A DNA stretch of 64,000 nucleotides from an uncultured Holophagales bacterium (GCA_963842525.1 CAWJGT010000003.1:1696001-1760000); one strand, 5' to 3'. Shown: positions 54,215-64,000, counted from the first letter of the stretch. Translations and numbers: made by a program. Notes: a model not told the origin generated them from the letters alone.

Positions 54215-54891
54215 GGGGCACCTCCGGCTGCGGCAGACTCCGTCTCGGGATGTTCCGGGATGTGAAGAGCGCCCCGCTCGAGCCGCGCGTTGAAAAAGAG
54301 AGGCCGATTGCGGCCGGAGTTGTACTCGATGTCCCACAACATCCACCCGAGATCGCGGCTGTCGTCGAAGGGCTGTGGAGCGTCGGCGGCCGGCAGGATG
54401 TCGGCAACGAATTCGCGGCAGCCGAAATAGGGCTGATGGAAGCTCTGTCCTTTCTCGACCCGGCGTGTGAAGATCTCCACGAACTTCGTCAGGTTGTCGA
54501 GAGGGCCGGCCCGGTCGGTCATCTCGCAACAGGCCTCCACTATATAGTCCACGTCCCGCAGAGCGAGGGTGTTGCGCTGGGCGCGGTCGCCGTCGGCGAA
54601 AAAGGGGACGACGATGCCACCGTCGCGGACGACGGCGGCTGCGGGTGCTACGGCTTTCGAGCTCACCTCATTGCGGCGAAAAGCGATGAAGCGGATCTCG
54701 CTGAGGACGAGGATACGTTCGACCCGCCAGCGGATCGCAGGTTTCCAAAGAACGGCCTCGAGAAGGCCGCGGGCGGCGGAAGGAGTCATCACCGGGTAGG
54801 AGACGCGCTCGACCTTGAGCTCCGGCCGGGTGAAACAGGCCAGCGGGCCGCGGGCGCGCAGGCGGAGAGTCGGGCTTCGAGATGCAGTCAT
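54211..54891 (-). CDS. cas5: Cas5 (Cas5d, type I-C processing nuclease)
   Basis: ACFTRPELKVERVSY.V.TPSAARG, PYFGCREF, DLGWML.D. Confidence 0.96.
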   Translation of the reverse strand: MTASRSPTLRLRARGPLACFTRPELKVERVSYPVMTPSAARGLLEAVLWKPAIRWRVERILVLSEIRFIAFRRNEVSSKAVAPAAAVVRDGGIVVPFFADGDRAQRNTLALRDVDYIVEACCEMTDRAGPLDNLTKFVEIFTRRVEKGQSFHQPYFGCREFVADILPAADAPQPFDDSRDLGWMLWDIEYNSGRNRPLFFNARLERGALHIPEHPETESAAAGGAP

Positions 54892-54922
54892 CACGTCCTC
54901 CTGGGACATTGAAGGAGACCGC

Positions 54923-57128
54923 TCAGACGACCAGGCGCGCAGGATCAGGCTGCGGGTCATCGTCGGCCACCAGACCGAAGTCGAGGTCGTACAGACCATG
55001 GAAAGCCGCAGAGAGGACCAGGACACCGTCGGCGACCTCTTCGAGCGCGTCTGCCTCTTTCAGGTTTGACACGTCCTTCGGGAAAATGTTGACCACAAAC
55101 GGCTGCAAAGCGCGCAGCCGCAGACGGTCGGGTCCGAGGCGGCGGAGAGACGCCAACCGCTCCTCGGCCTCGCCATAGGGAACGACGACCGGCACCGAGG
55201 CGTCCTCGATGAGACGCAGCTTGCGGGCGACAGAGGCGAAGCTCAGGCCCTGGCGAAGGGGCTGGATCCCCTTGGGGTCGAGATCGCAAAGGAGATAGAG
55301 ACGCCGGAAAAAAGCCTCATAAGTGCCGAGATCGTCGAGATCGATGTCACCCTCCAGGAGCATCGACTCGACGACCGCGAGGCCCTTTTCCGGGATCCCA
55401 GGAGGTGGCGGCGTCTCCGCCCGGAAGAAGACGACCTTTCCCACAGCCAACCGGCCTTCGCGATTGCACCGGCCGGCTGCCTGAACCAGGCTGTCGATAC
55501 CCCCCAGGCAGCGATAGACCACGGGAAAATCGACGTCGACACCGGCCTCGATGAGCTGCGTCGAGACCAGCCGGCACGGGAAGCTCCGCATGGAGACGCG
55601 CCCTGATGTTGGCCAGCTTCGCCGAACGATGGGCCGGACACATGAGAGCCGACAAGTGAAACCGGTCTTCCGCAGGCAGAGCCTGGGCCAGCGCGCGCGC
55701 GTCACGGCGCCGGTGGACGATCGCCAGGACACGCTCGTGGCGACCGAGCTCCTCCGCCAACCTGGCATACGGAAGGACGGCTGGAGCAGCGTCCGGCCAC
55801 GTGAAGTGGACCCGCTTGAGATCCTGGACCAGCGATTTAGGATCGGGGGCGATCTCATGGACTGCTTCGAGCCCTTGGGGAAGGCTCTCCCTCCTGGTGA
55901 GCGCCGGTTGGGTCGCCGTCGTGAGCACGACCGTACAACCATAGTAATCGACCAGCTCTTTGAGGATCTCGAGAACCACGAGGAGGTAGTCCTCGGGCAA
56001 GGTCTGAGCCTCGTCGAGAAGGATGACGCTACGCGTGATGTTGTGCAGCTTGCGACAGCGCGACGGCGAGGCCGCAAACAGGGATTCGAAGAGCTGGACG
56101 TTGGTAGTGACGATGACCGGTGCGTCCCAGTTTTCCGCGGCCAACCGGCGGCGGATCTCGGCCTCGCGGTTCCGCTCCTCGGCGGCGAGCGGATCGAGCC
56201 CCGAATGGTGCTCGATCACGTTGGCCTCGCCCAGAGCGCGGCGGTAGACGGCTGCATTCTGCTCGATGATGCTGGTGAACGGGATGGCGACGATCACCCG
56301 CCGGAGCCCGTGCCGCTCGGCGTGACGCAGGGCGAAGGACATGGCCGCGAGGGTCTTGCCGCCGCCGGTAGGCACGGTGAGGCTGAGCACACCCGGCGAG
56401 AGCTCGGCCTTCTCGCGACAGGCCGCAAGCACCTCGGCACGGCGAACGTTGATGGGCGAAGACCGCAGCTCCTCGGGCACGCCTGCCGCAAGGCTGTCCA
56501 CATGATCGTCCAGGCGTAGCCGCAGCGTTGGGAGATCAGCCCATCCGGCGACGGCGGCCTGGCGCAAACCTGGCGAGTAGAAGTCCTCCGTCGCCAGGTA
56601 GTCTGCGTCGACCAGGCTGGAGAAGAGGAAGCGGATCCAGACCTCGAAGCTCCCCAGGCCGGCTCGCTGAAGGCGCTCCGGGAGACGGGGGAGGCTCGGA
56701 GAGGTGAGCTGCTCGGGAAGCGCGGGGCGAAGAGAATCAAGGATCGGACGGTTGACCTTGAGCCGTTCCTGGAGAGGAGAAGGGCCGCCCTCTTCGGAGG
56801 CCGTCAGGTTTGCCAGTCCGGCATGGTGGCCGGCGATGGCAAAGGCGAGCGGAAGACCGGCGATCCTGTCCTTGGCGTAAGCCAGTGCCGCTCCGGCACC
56901 GGAGTGCTCCACGGATTCACCGCTTCCACGCAAGCGACGCTGGAATTCGGGCAGGTACTTCCCCAGGTCATGCCACAGCCCAGCAAGCCGGCCCCACTCA
57001 GCGGCCTCGAAGGCGGCAGCGAAGTCTTCCGCGAGGCGGGAGACCTTCAGCAGATGGGCCTCGAGCTCTTCCCATTCCGAATCGGGGCGGCCTGCAAGGG
57101 TGTGGGCGAAGAGCTTGGAGTTGCTCAT
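54923..57128 (-). CDS. cas3: Cas3 HD nuclease-helicase (apparent +1 frameshift at 55580-55586)
   Basis: LWHDLGK, GHHAGL, PTGGGKT, ILLDEAQ, VSTQLIEAGVDVDF, QAAGRCNREG. Confidence 0.93.
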
Positions 57129-57151
57129 GGCACCGGTCCAGCCGGTTGTGC

Positions 57152-57769
57152 TCAACGCCAGTCTTGGGGACGCTCCAGAATGATCCCGTTCGGCTTGATC
57201 ACGTGGTCAGGCATCTGGCTTGCCGCCAGTTTACGACGGCCAATCGTGAAGTACGCGTGGGCGGCTTGTTGCAGGAGCCGAGAGCTTCGTCGCGGAGGAA
57301 ACGCTACGATGATTCGTTTACCGGGAATACCCCTGAGCTTGAGGAGAGCCGGCGCTAGGTCTCCATCCCCCGATACAAGAATTGCTTCGTCGAAGGTGTT
57401 TTGAAAGCCGTCTACCAGGATCTCTGTTGCAATATTTACGTCGGTCATTTTCTCATTTGGCACAAGGCACTCAAACCCACACTTCGAACACCGCCGAAGC
57501 TCATCCTGATACTGACCAAAATGCAGCGAGCAACGGTCGCCACCCTCTATAGCCTCCAGGAATACCTTCTGTTGAAGCCACTTGGAGCCGGGCCCCGAAA
57601 GGCGGGCAGTGAAGTACTTGACACCAACCAGCACCTGCCCATCTCTCAGAAGATTCTTGAGCAGAAGAACGGGGTCCAGCCAAAGAAACCGATCCCAGCC
57701 TCGTGTGCGAAGCCCAAAGTAGAAGTTGAAACCGTCGAGATAGCCCATGACCCTTTCAGCCACACTCAT
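57152..57769 (-). CDS. NYN (LabA/DUF88, PIN-fold) nuclease with CxxC insert
   Basis: YLDGFNFY, KYFTA, EKMTDVNIA, LVSGDGD, IIVAFPP. Confidence 0.9.
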   Translation of the reverse strand: MSVAERVMGYLDGFNFYFGLRTRGWDRFLWLDPVLLLKNLLRDGQVLVGVKYFTARLSGPGSKWLQQKVFLEAIEGGDRCSLHFGQYQDELRRCSKCGFECLVPNEKMTDVNIATEILVDGFQNTFDEAILVSGDGDLAPALLKLRGIPGKRIIVAFPPRRSSRLLQQAAHAYFTIGRRKLAASQMPDHVIKPNGIILERPQDWR

Positions 57770-57781
57770 TCCTTTCGCCGC

Positions 57782-57882
57782 TTGACGAAGGCGGCTCTCG
57801 TGGGGTATAAGTTCGCTTGAACACCCCCGGCGGTAGCACCGCCGGACCGACAGCCCCTGGAAACGGGGGCTGTTTCTTTTTC
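57782..57882 (+). ncRNA. Putative ~65-nt antisense sRNA with own promoter and terminator
   Basis: TTGACG-N18-TATAAG, hairpin CCGGCGGT-AGC-ACCGCCGG, then ACAGCCCC/GGGGCTGT stem with T-rich tail. Confidence 0.5.
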
Positions 57883-58099
57883 TGCCCTCCAGAGATTCAG
57901 TGTAGCGCTTTTCTGGTCCCGTGCACCCTCCATGGAGGCCTCTTCTAGTTCTAGCACTTCTACCACGAAGTGTAGAATACTACCATGGTGCGCCAGGATG
58001 GTCTCAATGCCCCATTAGGGCAGGTCAAGTCAAGCGACGGGTGAGCTGAGCTCGCTCACCGCCGGCTTGTGTAATCCTACCCACCCTGGGCGCCGGTTT

Positions 58100-58195
58100 G
58101 TTCGCTTCTGTCTCGTACAGGGCGTGGGTTGAAACGTGGTTGACGTACTCCGCAAGAGGGGAAGGAGGAGCGGTTCGCCCGCTCCTCCTGGTTTC
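58100..58195 (+). ncRNA. Putative crRNA-like regulatory RNA (solitary degenerate I-C repeat, short guide, hairpin)
   Basis: GGGCGTGGGTTGAAAC is 15/16 identical to the repeat 3' end; stem retained; guide matches 57966-57953 behind TTC. Confidence 0.65.
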
Positions 58196-58297
58196 TGCTG
58201 CGGCTCGCGGGCTCGGCGCTACCGCCCGCTGATCTACCAGGCCGCAGGGTAAGTTTCCTGCCGAGGGGCGCAAGCTCAGAAGGACGTGGAGGAAGGT

Positions 58298-58390
58298 GCC
58301 GCCGCCCCGCTGGGGCTTGGGGTCGATTGGGGGCCGCAGACCCAGGGCTGACGCCCTGGGCTACACGCCGTGGCCCCCTCCGGGGGCTCA
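58298..58390. repeat. REP-like hairpin cluster (CCCAGGGCTGACGCCCTGGG)
   Basis: Resembles the element at 20835-21019. Confidence 0.5.
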
Positions 58391-58420
58391 AAGCATTTCT
58401 CACTCGCTCCGTCCTCCAGC

Positions 58421-59107
58421 TCAACAATCCGTATACGACAGGCTGCCGGGCCTCCTGGGGTCCTCTTCGATCAGGACCAGCTCGTAATCATCTGTGGCCG
58501 ACGCGGGGTTGCGCCAGGCGGCGAACCAGCGGCCGTAGAGGTCGAAGACCTGGAAGTCGACCTCTTCGGGCGCGAGGGCTGGAGTGACCTCCGGTGGATC
58601 GGTGAGGGGCAGGAGGGTCCTGGGCCCGAGCAGGTCGCGCGCGGCCAGCTCCTGAATGCGCGCGGGGTCCATGCGGATCCACGTCTGCTGGCCGGCCGGC
58701 TCGAGGCCGGAAAGGGCCGGCAGGAGGAGGTCGGTCAGCACGTGCTGGATCGGGGCCGGATCGATGCCGGAGCCGTCTTCGACCGCGGCAAGGGCCTGCT
58801 CGAGGTCGGTGCGGACGTCGGCGAGAGTTTGCAGCGCGCCGGAGAGCACTGAGCCGGCCTGGAGGGGGACCGGCGTATGGGCCGGCGGGTCGAGGGTGAC
58901 GAGAAAGGCGCTGAGGTCGCGGATCGCCGGGTAGACGTGGTCGCCGAGGAGGCATTGCAGCCGCGCGTGGCGGTCGTGGAAGGCCGCCGGGTCCTCGGGG
59001 CTCAAAAGAGCCGCGAGCTGGTCCGCGAAGGACCGCAGGCGGTCGAGTGCGCGCAGCGTATGCGTCCGCAAGGCCGGCGGGTGGTGGGCAGATGACGTGA
59101 GCGGCAT
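58421..59107 (-). CDS. Hypothetical protein
   Basis: Host-like codon usage; follows the XRE gene. Confidence 0.7.
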   Translation of the reverse strand: MPLTSSAHHPPALRTHTLRALDRLRSFADQLAALLSPEDPAAFHDRHARLQCLLGDHVYPAIRDLSAFLVTLDPPAHTPVPLQAGSVLSGALQTLADVRTDLEQALAAVEDGSGIDPAPIQHVLTDLLLPALSGLEPAGQQTWIRMDPARIQELAARDLLGPRTLLPLTDPPEVTPALAPEEVDFQVFDLYGRWFAAWRNPASATDDYELVLIEEDPRRPGSLSYTDC

Positions 59108-59138
59108 GAGGATCTCCCTAGAAAAGAAGCGGTCGAAA

Positions 59139-59486
59139 TCAATCCCGGCCCCCGCGGAGGCGAGCGAGGAGGCGTTCCAGGAAGGCGACGTCATCGGCCG
59201 AGACCTGCCCTGCCGCGGCAGAGGCGGGGAGAGGACGGGAGGCGGCGCCGAAGACGAGGTGCTCGAGATCGGTCTCGAAGGTGTTGCGCAACGCGACCAG
59301 CTCGTCGAGCGTGGGGATGCGCCTGCCGTTCTCGATGCGGGAGAGGCGATGAGCCGGCAACCCGGCGCGGCGGGCGAGCTCCCTCTGTTTCCAGCCCTTG
59401 AGACCTCTCAGTTGCACGATGCGGGAACCGAGGGCCCGGCGATCGAGGACAGGAGCAACGCGGAGGTCGGGCTCGTTCGGGCTCAC
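59139..59486 (-). CDS. XRE-family HTH regulator
   Basis: LGSRIVQLR..KGWKQRELARRAGL....LSRIENG...P. Confidence 0.9.
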   Translation of the reverse strand: MSPNEPDLRVAPVLDRRALGSRIVQLRGLKGWKQRELARRAGLPAHRLSRIENGRRIPTLDELVALRNTFETDLEHLVFGAASRPLPASAAAGQVSADDVAFLERLLARLRGGRD

Positions 59487-59838
59487 GCGCAGAAGAATCT
59501 TCCGCGACGGAGAGGATTGTCAAGACGTTTCAGGGGATCTTGCGAAATCAATCCCCGAATTGCCGGATCGTTCCGCAAGCCGGCCGAAACCGTCGCGCTC
59601 CCTCGACGGTGCGCGCAACCTTTGCGCGTTCCGGGGAAATGATCCTAGTCTGCGAGAACCCGGTGACGTCTCCGCCGGGGGCGGAGCCGCCTTTGCGACC
59701 GGATTGCGGCCCGCTCGAGTTGTCCGGATCGTCGCGAAAGTGCGACGCGCGGAGCAAGTCACGGCAGACTACGCGGACAGGCGCGGCGACTTGGGTCAAT
59801 TTCGGCCCGGTTCGAGTCCGCGCGAGGAGGTTCGAACC

Positions 59839-60192
59839 ATGTACCGGAAGGAGGGAATTCGCTGGACGACCGCCCTGCTGCTGGTCCTGCTGCTCGCCAC
59901 GCCGGCGCTGGCCGGAGAGCGGCGGCCGGGCCGGGTGGGCTCTACCTGGCTGGAGCACGTGGTGCAGTGGCTGGTCGAGCTCCTCGAAGCCACCGAGTGC
60001 GATAAAGGCATCTCAATTGACCCTGACGGCCGCTGCGTCGCCGCGGCCGGAACGGCCGCCGCCACGCAGTGCGACGCGGGCTCCTCTATCGATCCTGATG
60101 GCCGCTGCGTCGCCGCGACCGGAACGGCCGCTGCCACGCAGTGCGACAAGGGCAGCTCGATCGACCCGAACGGCGGGTGTGCCGGCGAGTGA
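59839..60192 (+). CDS. Secreted precursor peptide with three CDxGxSIDP[DN]GxC repeats
   Basis: SD GAGGAGG; signal-like TALLLVLLLATPALA; 72-bp repeats at 59989, 60061, 60133. Confidence 0.85.
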   Translation: MYRKEGIRWTTALLLVLLLATPALAGERRPGRVGSTWLEHVVQWLVELLEATECDKGISIDPDGRCVAAAGTAAATQCDAGSSIDPDGRCVAATGTAAATQCDKGSSIDPNGGCAGE

Positions 60193-60270
60193 TGTGCGAC
60201 AATATGGTGAGCCTCCGGATATGCGAGAATCCTCTGGGCGACACTTCGCTGCACGAGGGGGGAACAGACC

Positions 60271-61605
60271 GTGGATCACGTGACGGATGGAGAGGTCGGC
60301 GATCTGTTCGAGGGCCGGCTGGATGCGGCGTCGCGCAAGCGGGTCGTGCGCCACCTGCTGAGCACCTGTGGCCCCTGCCGGCTGAAGATGGCGACCTTCG
60401 GAAGGTCCGTCTTCCTCAAGGCGGCGCCGGAGGAGAGCGAGTACGACGGGCCGATCGACCGGGCGGTGGTTTCGGTCCTGGAAGGCCGGAGCACGTTCTG
60501 GCGCGCCGAGGAGGAGCGGAGCAGGCGGCTGGCTGCTGCCCTGCCCGCGCGGTGCGAGGACCTTCTCCTCCCTTCGCCGGACCTCGACGAGCGGGACTTC
60601 CAGGGATGGGCCTGGGTGGAAGCGCTTCTCGCGCGCAGCCAGGAGGAACGCTTCCGGGAGCCTGCGCGCATGCTCGACTGGGCCTTTCTCGCGCTGGCCG
60701 CCGCGCAGAACATCGACTGGCAGACCTGTGGGGCGGCCCTTGCCGCGGACCTCCAGGCGCGCGCCTGGGCGGAGCTGGCGAACGCGTTCCGGGTGAGCGA
60801 GGATTTCGAGGCGGCGGAAGACGCCCTGGCGCGGGGGTGCGACGCCTACGAGCGCGGCACGGGCGATGTCCGGCTCCTCGCCCGCCTCCACGACGTCGAG
60901 GCCTCCCTGCGGACCGATCAGCGACGGCTGGGCGAAGCGCTGAAGCTCCTGGACCAGCTCCACCGACTCTATGTACGCCTCGGCGACACGCATCTGGCCG
61001 GACGCGCCCTGATCAAGAAAGGCATCAACTCCCACTACAACGGACAGCCCGAGGAGGCCGTGAGGCTCCTGCGGGCAGGTCTCGAACAGGTGGATACCCA
61101 AAGAGATCTGAAGCTGGCATCGGTCGGCCAGCAGGCGCTCCTGGACGCGCTGGCGGCGTGCGGACGGTTTCGCGAGGCGAGCAAGCTGCTTCTTGCCAGC
61201 GGTTTGCGGGAGGCCTTCGCTGGGGAGCCGCTCAATCTGGCCAAGCTGCGATGGCTCGAAGGCAAGATTTTCGCCGGCCTCGGCAAGCTCGCCAGGGCCG
61301 AGCAGGTGTATCACGAGGTCCGGACGAGCTTTCTGCGAGTCGGACGCAATTACGAGAGCGCGCTCGCTGGCCTCGACCTCGCGGGCGTGTGGCTGCGGCA
61401 GGAGAAGTCGGCCCAGGTGCGGGAGCTTGCGGAAGAGCTGGTCCGGGCCTTCGAGGAGGTCGGGGTGCGGAGCGAAGCGCTCAAGGCGGTGCGCTTCTTC
61501 CGCGAGGCGTGCCGCCGCGAGCGGGCCACGCCGGCGCTGGTAGAGACTGTCGCGGTCTTCCTGCAACGCCTCGAATGGCAGCCGCAGCTTCAGTTTGCGC
61601 CCTGA
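60271..61605 (+). CDS. zf-HC2-like N-terminus plus TPR-like helical repeat protein
   Basis: HLLSTCGPC; repeated A..LA..R...F.AAE.AL and LA.LRWLEG.I..GLG helices. Confidence 0.8.
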   Translation: MDHVTDGEVGDLFEGRLDAASRKRVVRHLLSTCGPCRLKMATFGRSVFLKAAPEESEYDGPIDRAVVSVLEGRSTFWRAEEERSRRLAAALPARCEDLLLPSPDLDERDFQGWAWVEALLARSQEERFREPARMLDWAFLALAAAQNIDWQTCGAALAADLQARAWAELANAFRVSEDFEAAEDALARGCDAYERGTGDVRLLARLHDVEASLRTDQRRLGEALKLLDQLHRLYVRLGDTHLAGRALIKKGINSHYNGQPEEAVRLLRAGLEQVDTQRDLKLASVGQQALLDALAACGRFREASKLLLASGLREAFAGEPLNLAKLRWLEGKIFAGLGKLARAEQVYHEVRTSFLRVGRNYESALAGLDLAGVWLRQEKSAQVRELAEELVRAFEEVGVRSEALKAVRFFREACRRERATPALVETVAVFLQRLEWQPQLQFAP

Positions 61606-61661
61606 GGCCTCACCTCGGAAAAACCCGCCGTAGATCGGAGGATCGTTCTATACTGCGTGCC

Positions 61662-62106
61662 ATGTCCGCTCCTGGCCCCGAGAACCTCGGCGGTGAGCCG
61701 CCCTCTGGTCCGGACGAGCGGGAGGCCCGCCGCCTTGCCGAGCGGCTGGCTCTCCTGATCCGGGCGTCGGGCCGTTCCCTGCGGTCGCTCGAGCAGGAGG
61801 CTCGGCCTGTCGAGCTCCATGCTGAGCAAGACCCTCAACGGGACCATGAGGCTCCAGGTGACCCATGTCTTCATGATCCTGCGGGTCCTCGGTGTCGGCC
61901 CCGGCGTCTTCTTCCGCTGGGCCTTCCCCGCCGAGTCACGGACGAGCACCTTGATCGAAAAGGTCCGGGCTTCGGAAGGGAGCCTGCAGCACAGGCCGCC
62001 GGACGACGATCCCGAATTCGAGGCGCGGGTGGAGAAGGTCGTCCGGCGCGTCGTGCGCGAGCTGATGTCCGAAGGCCCCGGCGCAGCCACCCACGTCGAC
62101 GGTTAG
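61662..62106 (+). CDS. XRE-like HTH protein (apparent +1 frameshift at 61797-61803)
   Basis: RSLRSLEQELGLSSSMLSKTLNG..RL...HVF.IL after repair. Confidence 0.75.
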
Positions 62107-62172
62107 AGGGGGCCCGGATCAAGGTTTTGCGGTTATACTCGGCTGGCTAACCATTTCCTCGGGGAGGAATCT

Positions 62173-63027
62173 ATGCAAGCCATCAGGGGTTCGTTTCGCT
62201 CTCTCCTGGCCCTCGGGTTGCTGGCCGTCGGGCTCGTCGCCTCTGGTGTCCCGGCCGTGGCGGCCGGCTTCGAAGGGACCTACACGATCGCCCCGAAGAC
62301 GTTGACCGTGCAGGTGGGGGTCGCGGCGACCGGGAGAAACGCGACGAGGAGCTTCAGGCGGTCCATCACGCTCGTCAAGGAACGGCTTCCGGCGGGGGTC
62401 TTCGAGGCCGAGAAGGCGTTCTGGCGGACCAAGATCGCTTCCTGGGACTTCCTGTCGTCGCGGCAGAAGCAGGAGGCGACCCTTGCCATGGAGCGCCATT
62501 ACAACGACCTCCAGGCGCAGATCAACCGGTACCTGCGCGGCTTCCCCGACCAGGTCACGGTCCGGGGGACCGGCCCCTCTTCGGCCGGTTTCGTCTTTGA
62601 AGACAAAGACTTCGGGAAGAAGCAGAGCGCAATGGTGCTCTACAACTCCCAGCAGGGGACCTTTACGATGTTCAGGCTCCCGCTGTTCCGGGGGGAGCTG
62701 GGGAGCAAGGGGTTGATGCTCCGGTTCGGCTCGTGGGGCTTCCAGGGCTCCCTGCCCGGCCGGACGGCCACTTGGGCGACGAACGCCTCCCTCCTCGGCT
62801 CGATCCCCAACGTGGGCGCCATCGCGGCGAGCCTCAACCTCCAGGGGCAGGTCGGCCTTGGAGCCGGCCGCGGGCAAGTAAGACGGGGCTGGGGAGAAAA
62901 AAAGCGGGGACGACCGGAGGATGGTGGGTCGTCCCCGTTGTCCGGGTTGAAAAGAGGTTGTGTGGCCTCTCTTCTATCTAGTTGCCGCAGCCCGGTTTTT
63001 TTTGACACTCCCAGCCAACTTTTTTAA
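62173..63027 (+). CDS. Secreted hypothetical protein (true stop may be 62881)
   Basis: SD and signal peptide; tail after ~62860 runs through a terminator and looks non-coding. Confidence 0.65.
   Translation: MQAIRGSFRSLLALGLLAVGLVASGVPAVAAGFEGTYTIAPKTLTVQVGVAATGRNATRSFRRSITLVKERLPAGVFEAEKAFWRTKIASWDFLSSRQKQEATLAMERHYNDLQAQINRYLRGFPDQVTVRGTGPSSAGFVFEDKDFGKKQSAMVLYNSQQGTFTMFRLPLFRGELGSKGLMLRFGSWGFQGSLPGRTATWATNASLLGSIPNVGAIAASLNLQGQVGLGAGRGQVRRGWGEKKRGRPEDGGSSPLSGLKRGCVASLLSSCRSPVFFDTPSQLF
62897..62937 (-). terminator. Intrinsic terminator
   Basis: CGGGGACGACC/GGTCGTCCCCG stem with T7 run on the minus strand. Confidence 0.6.
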
Positions 63028-63068
63028 AAAAACTTCGCCGAGGGGGTCCTCACCCCCCCAGATGGCCC

Positions 63069-64000
63069 TCAGACGTGGTGGTCGAAGGCGGCCAGGGCCG
63101 CCTCGGGGTCGACCGCAGCGCCGGATTCACGCAGTGCTTCCGCAATGGCTTGGACGGTCCGCCGGAGCATGTCCGGCCGCGAGGCCGCGTATCCCATGTG
63201 GCCGACCCGGAAGCTGGTCGTGCGGACCGCCGGGTGGAGGCCCCCTGCCACGATGACTCCGCGGGCGGCGACGCGGGGGATCAGGCTGGCGTCGACCCCC
63301 TCTGGGAAGTAGAGGGCGCTCAGGGTGTTCGCCGCCTGGCCGTCACGCGGGACCTGGCGGAGGCCCAGCGCCTCCCAGGCTTTGCGCAGGGCCGCGGCGG
63401 CGCGGGCGTGGGCCTCCCAGCGGGCCTCGACGCCGGTTGCGAGGATCTCTCCCAGGCCGGCCTCCAGAGCCAGGACCAGGGTGGTCGCCGGGGTGGCGAA
63501 GTAGCTCGCCCGGCGTTCTTCATAGGCGCGGTGGATCGGCAGCCAGGAGTCCCAGTCGAGGAAGAGGGGCGGCGGGGGGCTCCGGCGGGTGGCGCGGACG
63601 GCCAGGGCCCGCTCGCTCGCCACCAGGAGCGCGAGGCCGGGCGGTACGCCGATGGCCTTCTGGGAGGCGCTGAAATAGACGTCCGCCCCCCAGGCCTCCA
63701 TCTCGAAGCGCTCGCCGGCGGTGGCACAGACGCCGTCGACGACCGAGAGGATGCCGGCCTCGCGGGCCAGGCGGCAGAGGGGCTCGGGGTCGACCCGCAC
63801 GCCGGTTGAGGTATCCACATGAGTGGCAAAGAGGGCCTTGCAGGGACCCTGGCGGTCGAGGGCGTCGCGGACCTCTTCAAGGGCCGGCGCCTCGCCCACC
63901 GGCGCCTTCACCTCCACGACCTCCGCTCCCCAGCGGCTCAGGATCTGGGCCATGCGGTCGGAGAAAAAGCCGCTGTTCACGACCAGCATCCGCTCCCCGG
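63069..64000 (-). CDS. Class V PLP aminotransferase (serine-pyruvate/alanine-glyoxylate-like), 5' end outside the window
   Basis: THVDTSTGV, VVDGV, SASQKAIG.PPGL, FRVGHMG. Confidence 0.93.
   Translation of the reverse strand, partial: GERMLVVNSGFFSDRMAQILSRWGAEVVEVKAPVGEAPALEEVRDALDRQGPCKALFATHVDTSTGVRVDPEPLCRLAREAGILSVVDGVCATAGERFEMEAWGADVYFSASQKAIGVPPGLALLVASERALAVRATRRSPPPPLFLDWDSWLPIHRAYEERRASYFATPATTLVLALEAGLGEILATGVEARWEAHARAAAALRKAWEALGLRQVPRDGQAANTLSALYFPEGVDASLIPRVAARGVIVAGGLHPAVRTTSFRVGHMGYAASRPDMLRRTVQAIAEALRESGAAVDPEAALAAFDHHV

Noticed and set aside
54923-57128. Split cas3 as evidence of an interference-dead system
   Set aside because: Break lies in the same GAGCTC context as five other shifts; likely sequencing error

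Overview
High-GC bacterial chromosome segment. Gene content and repeat style suggest an Acidobacteriota (Thermoanaerobaculia-like) genome; this is inference. Main contents: (1) a lower-GC patch of HNH, PIN, DUF2442 and DUF4926 toxin-antitoxin-like genes (1.4-4.5 kb); (2) parDE and an archease-rtcB pair; (3) a membrane-anchored TIR protein; (4) a ~12 kb block bounded by a decayed duplicate of the PQQ-propeller locus, encoding an ECF sigma, an anti-sigma, a lipoprotein TPR-CHAT protease, an S8 protease and cargo genes, four of whose transcription units carry the same TGTCAG-N17-CGAA promoter; (5) a sigma54 activator with large Cys-rich repeat proteins; (6) a complete type I-C CRISPR-Cas locus (55 repeats, 54 spacers, leader apparently missing) preceded by an NYN nuclease gene; (7) a secreted multi-core peptide next to a zf-HC2/TPR protein between two XRE regulators. 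Top candidates for new biology: a solitary degenerate I-C repeat plus short guide that matches the NYN/cas promoter behind a TTC PAM (CreA/CreR-like control, with an additional antisense sRNA); the self-contained ECF-CHAT regulon; and the CDxGxSIDPxGxC peptide/TPR module. Six apparent frameshifts, including one in cas3, all fall in GAGCTC and are probably methylation-linked sequencing errors.
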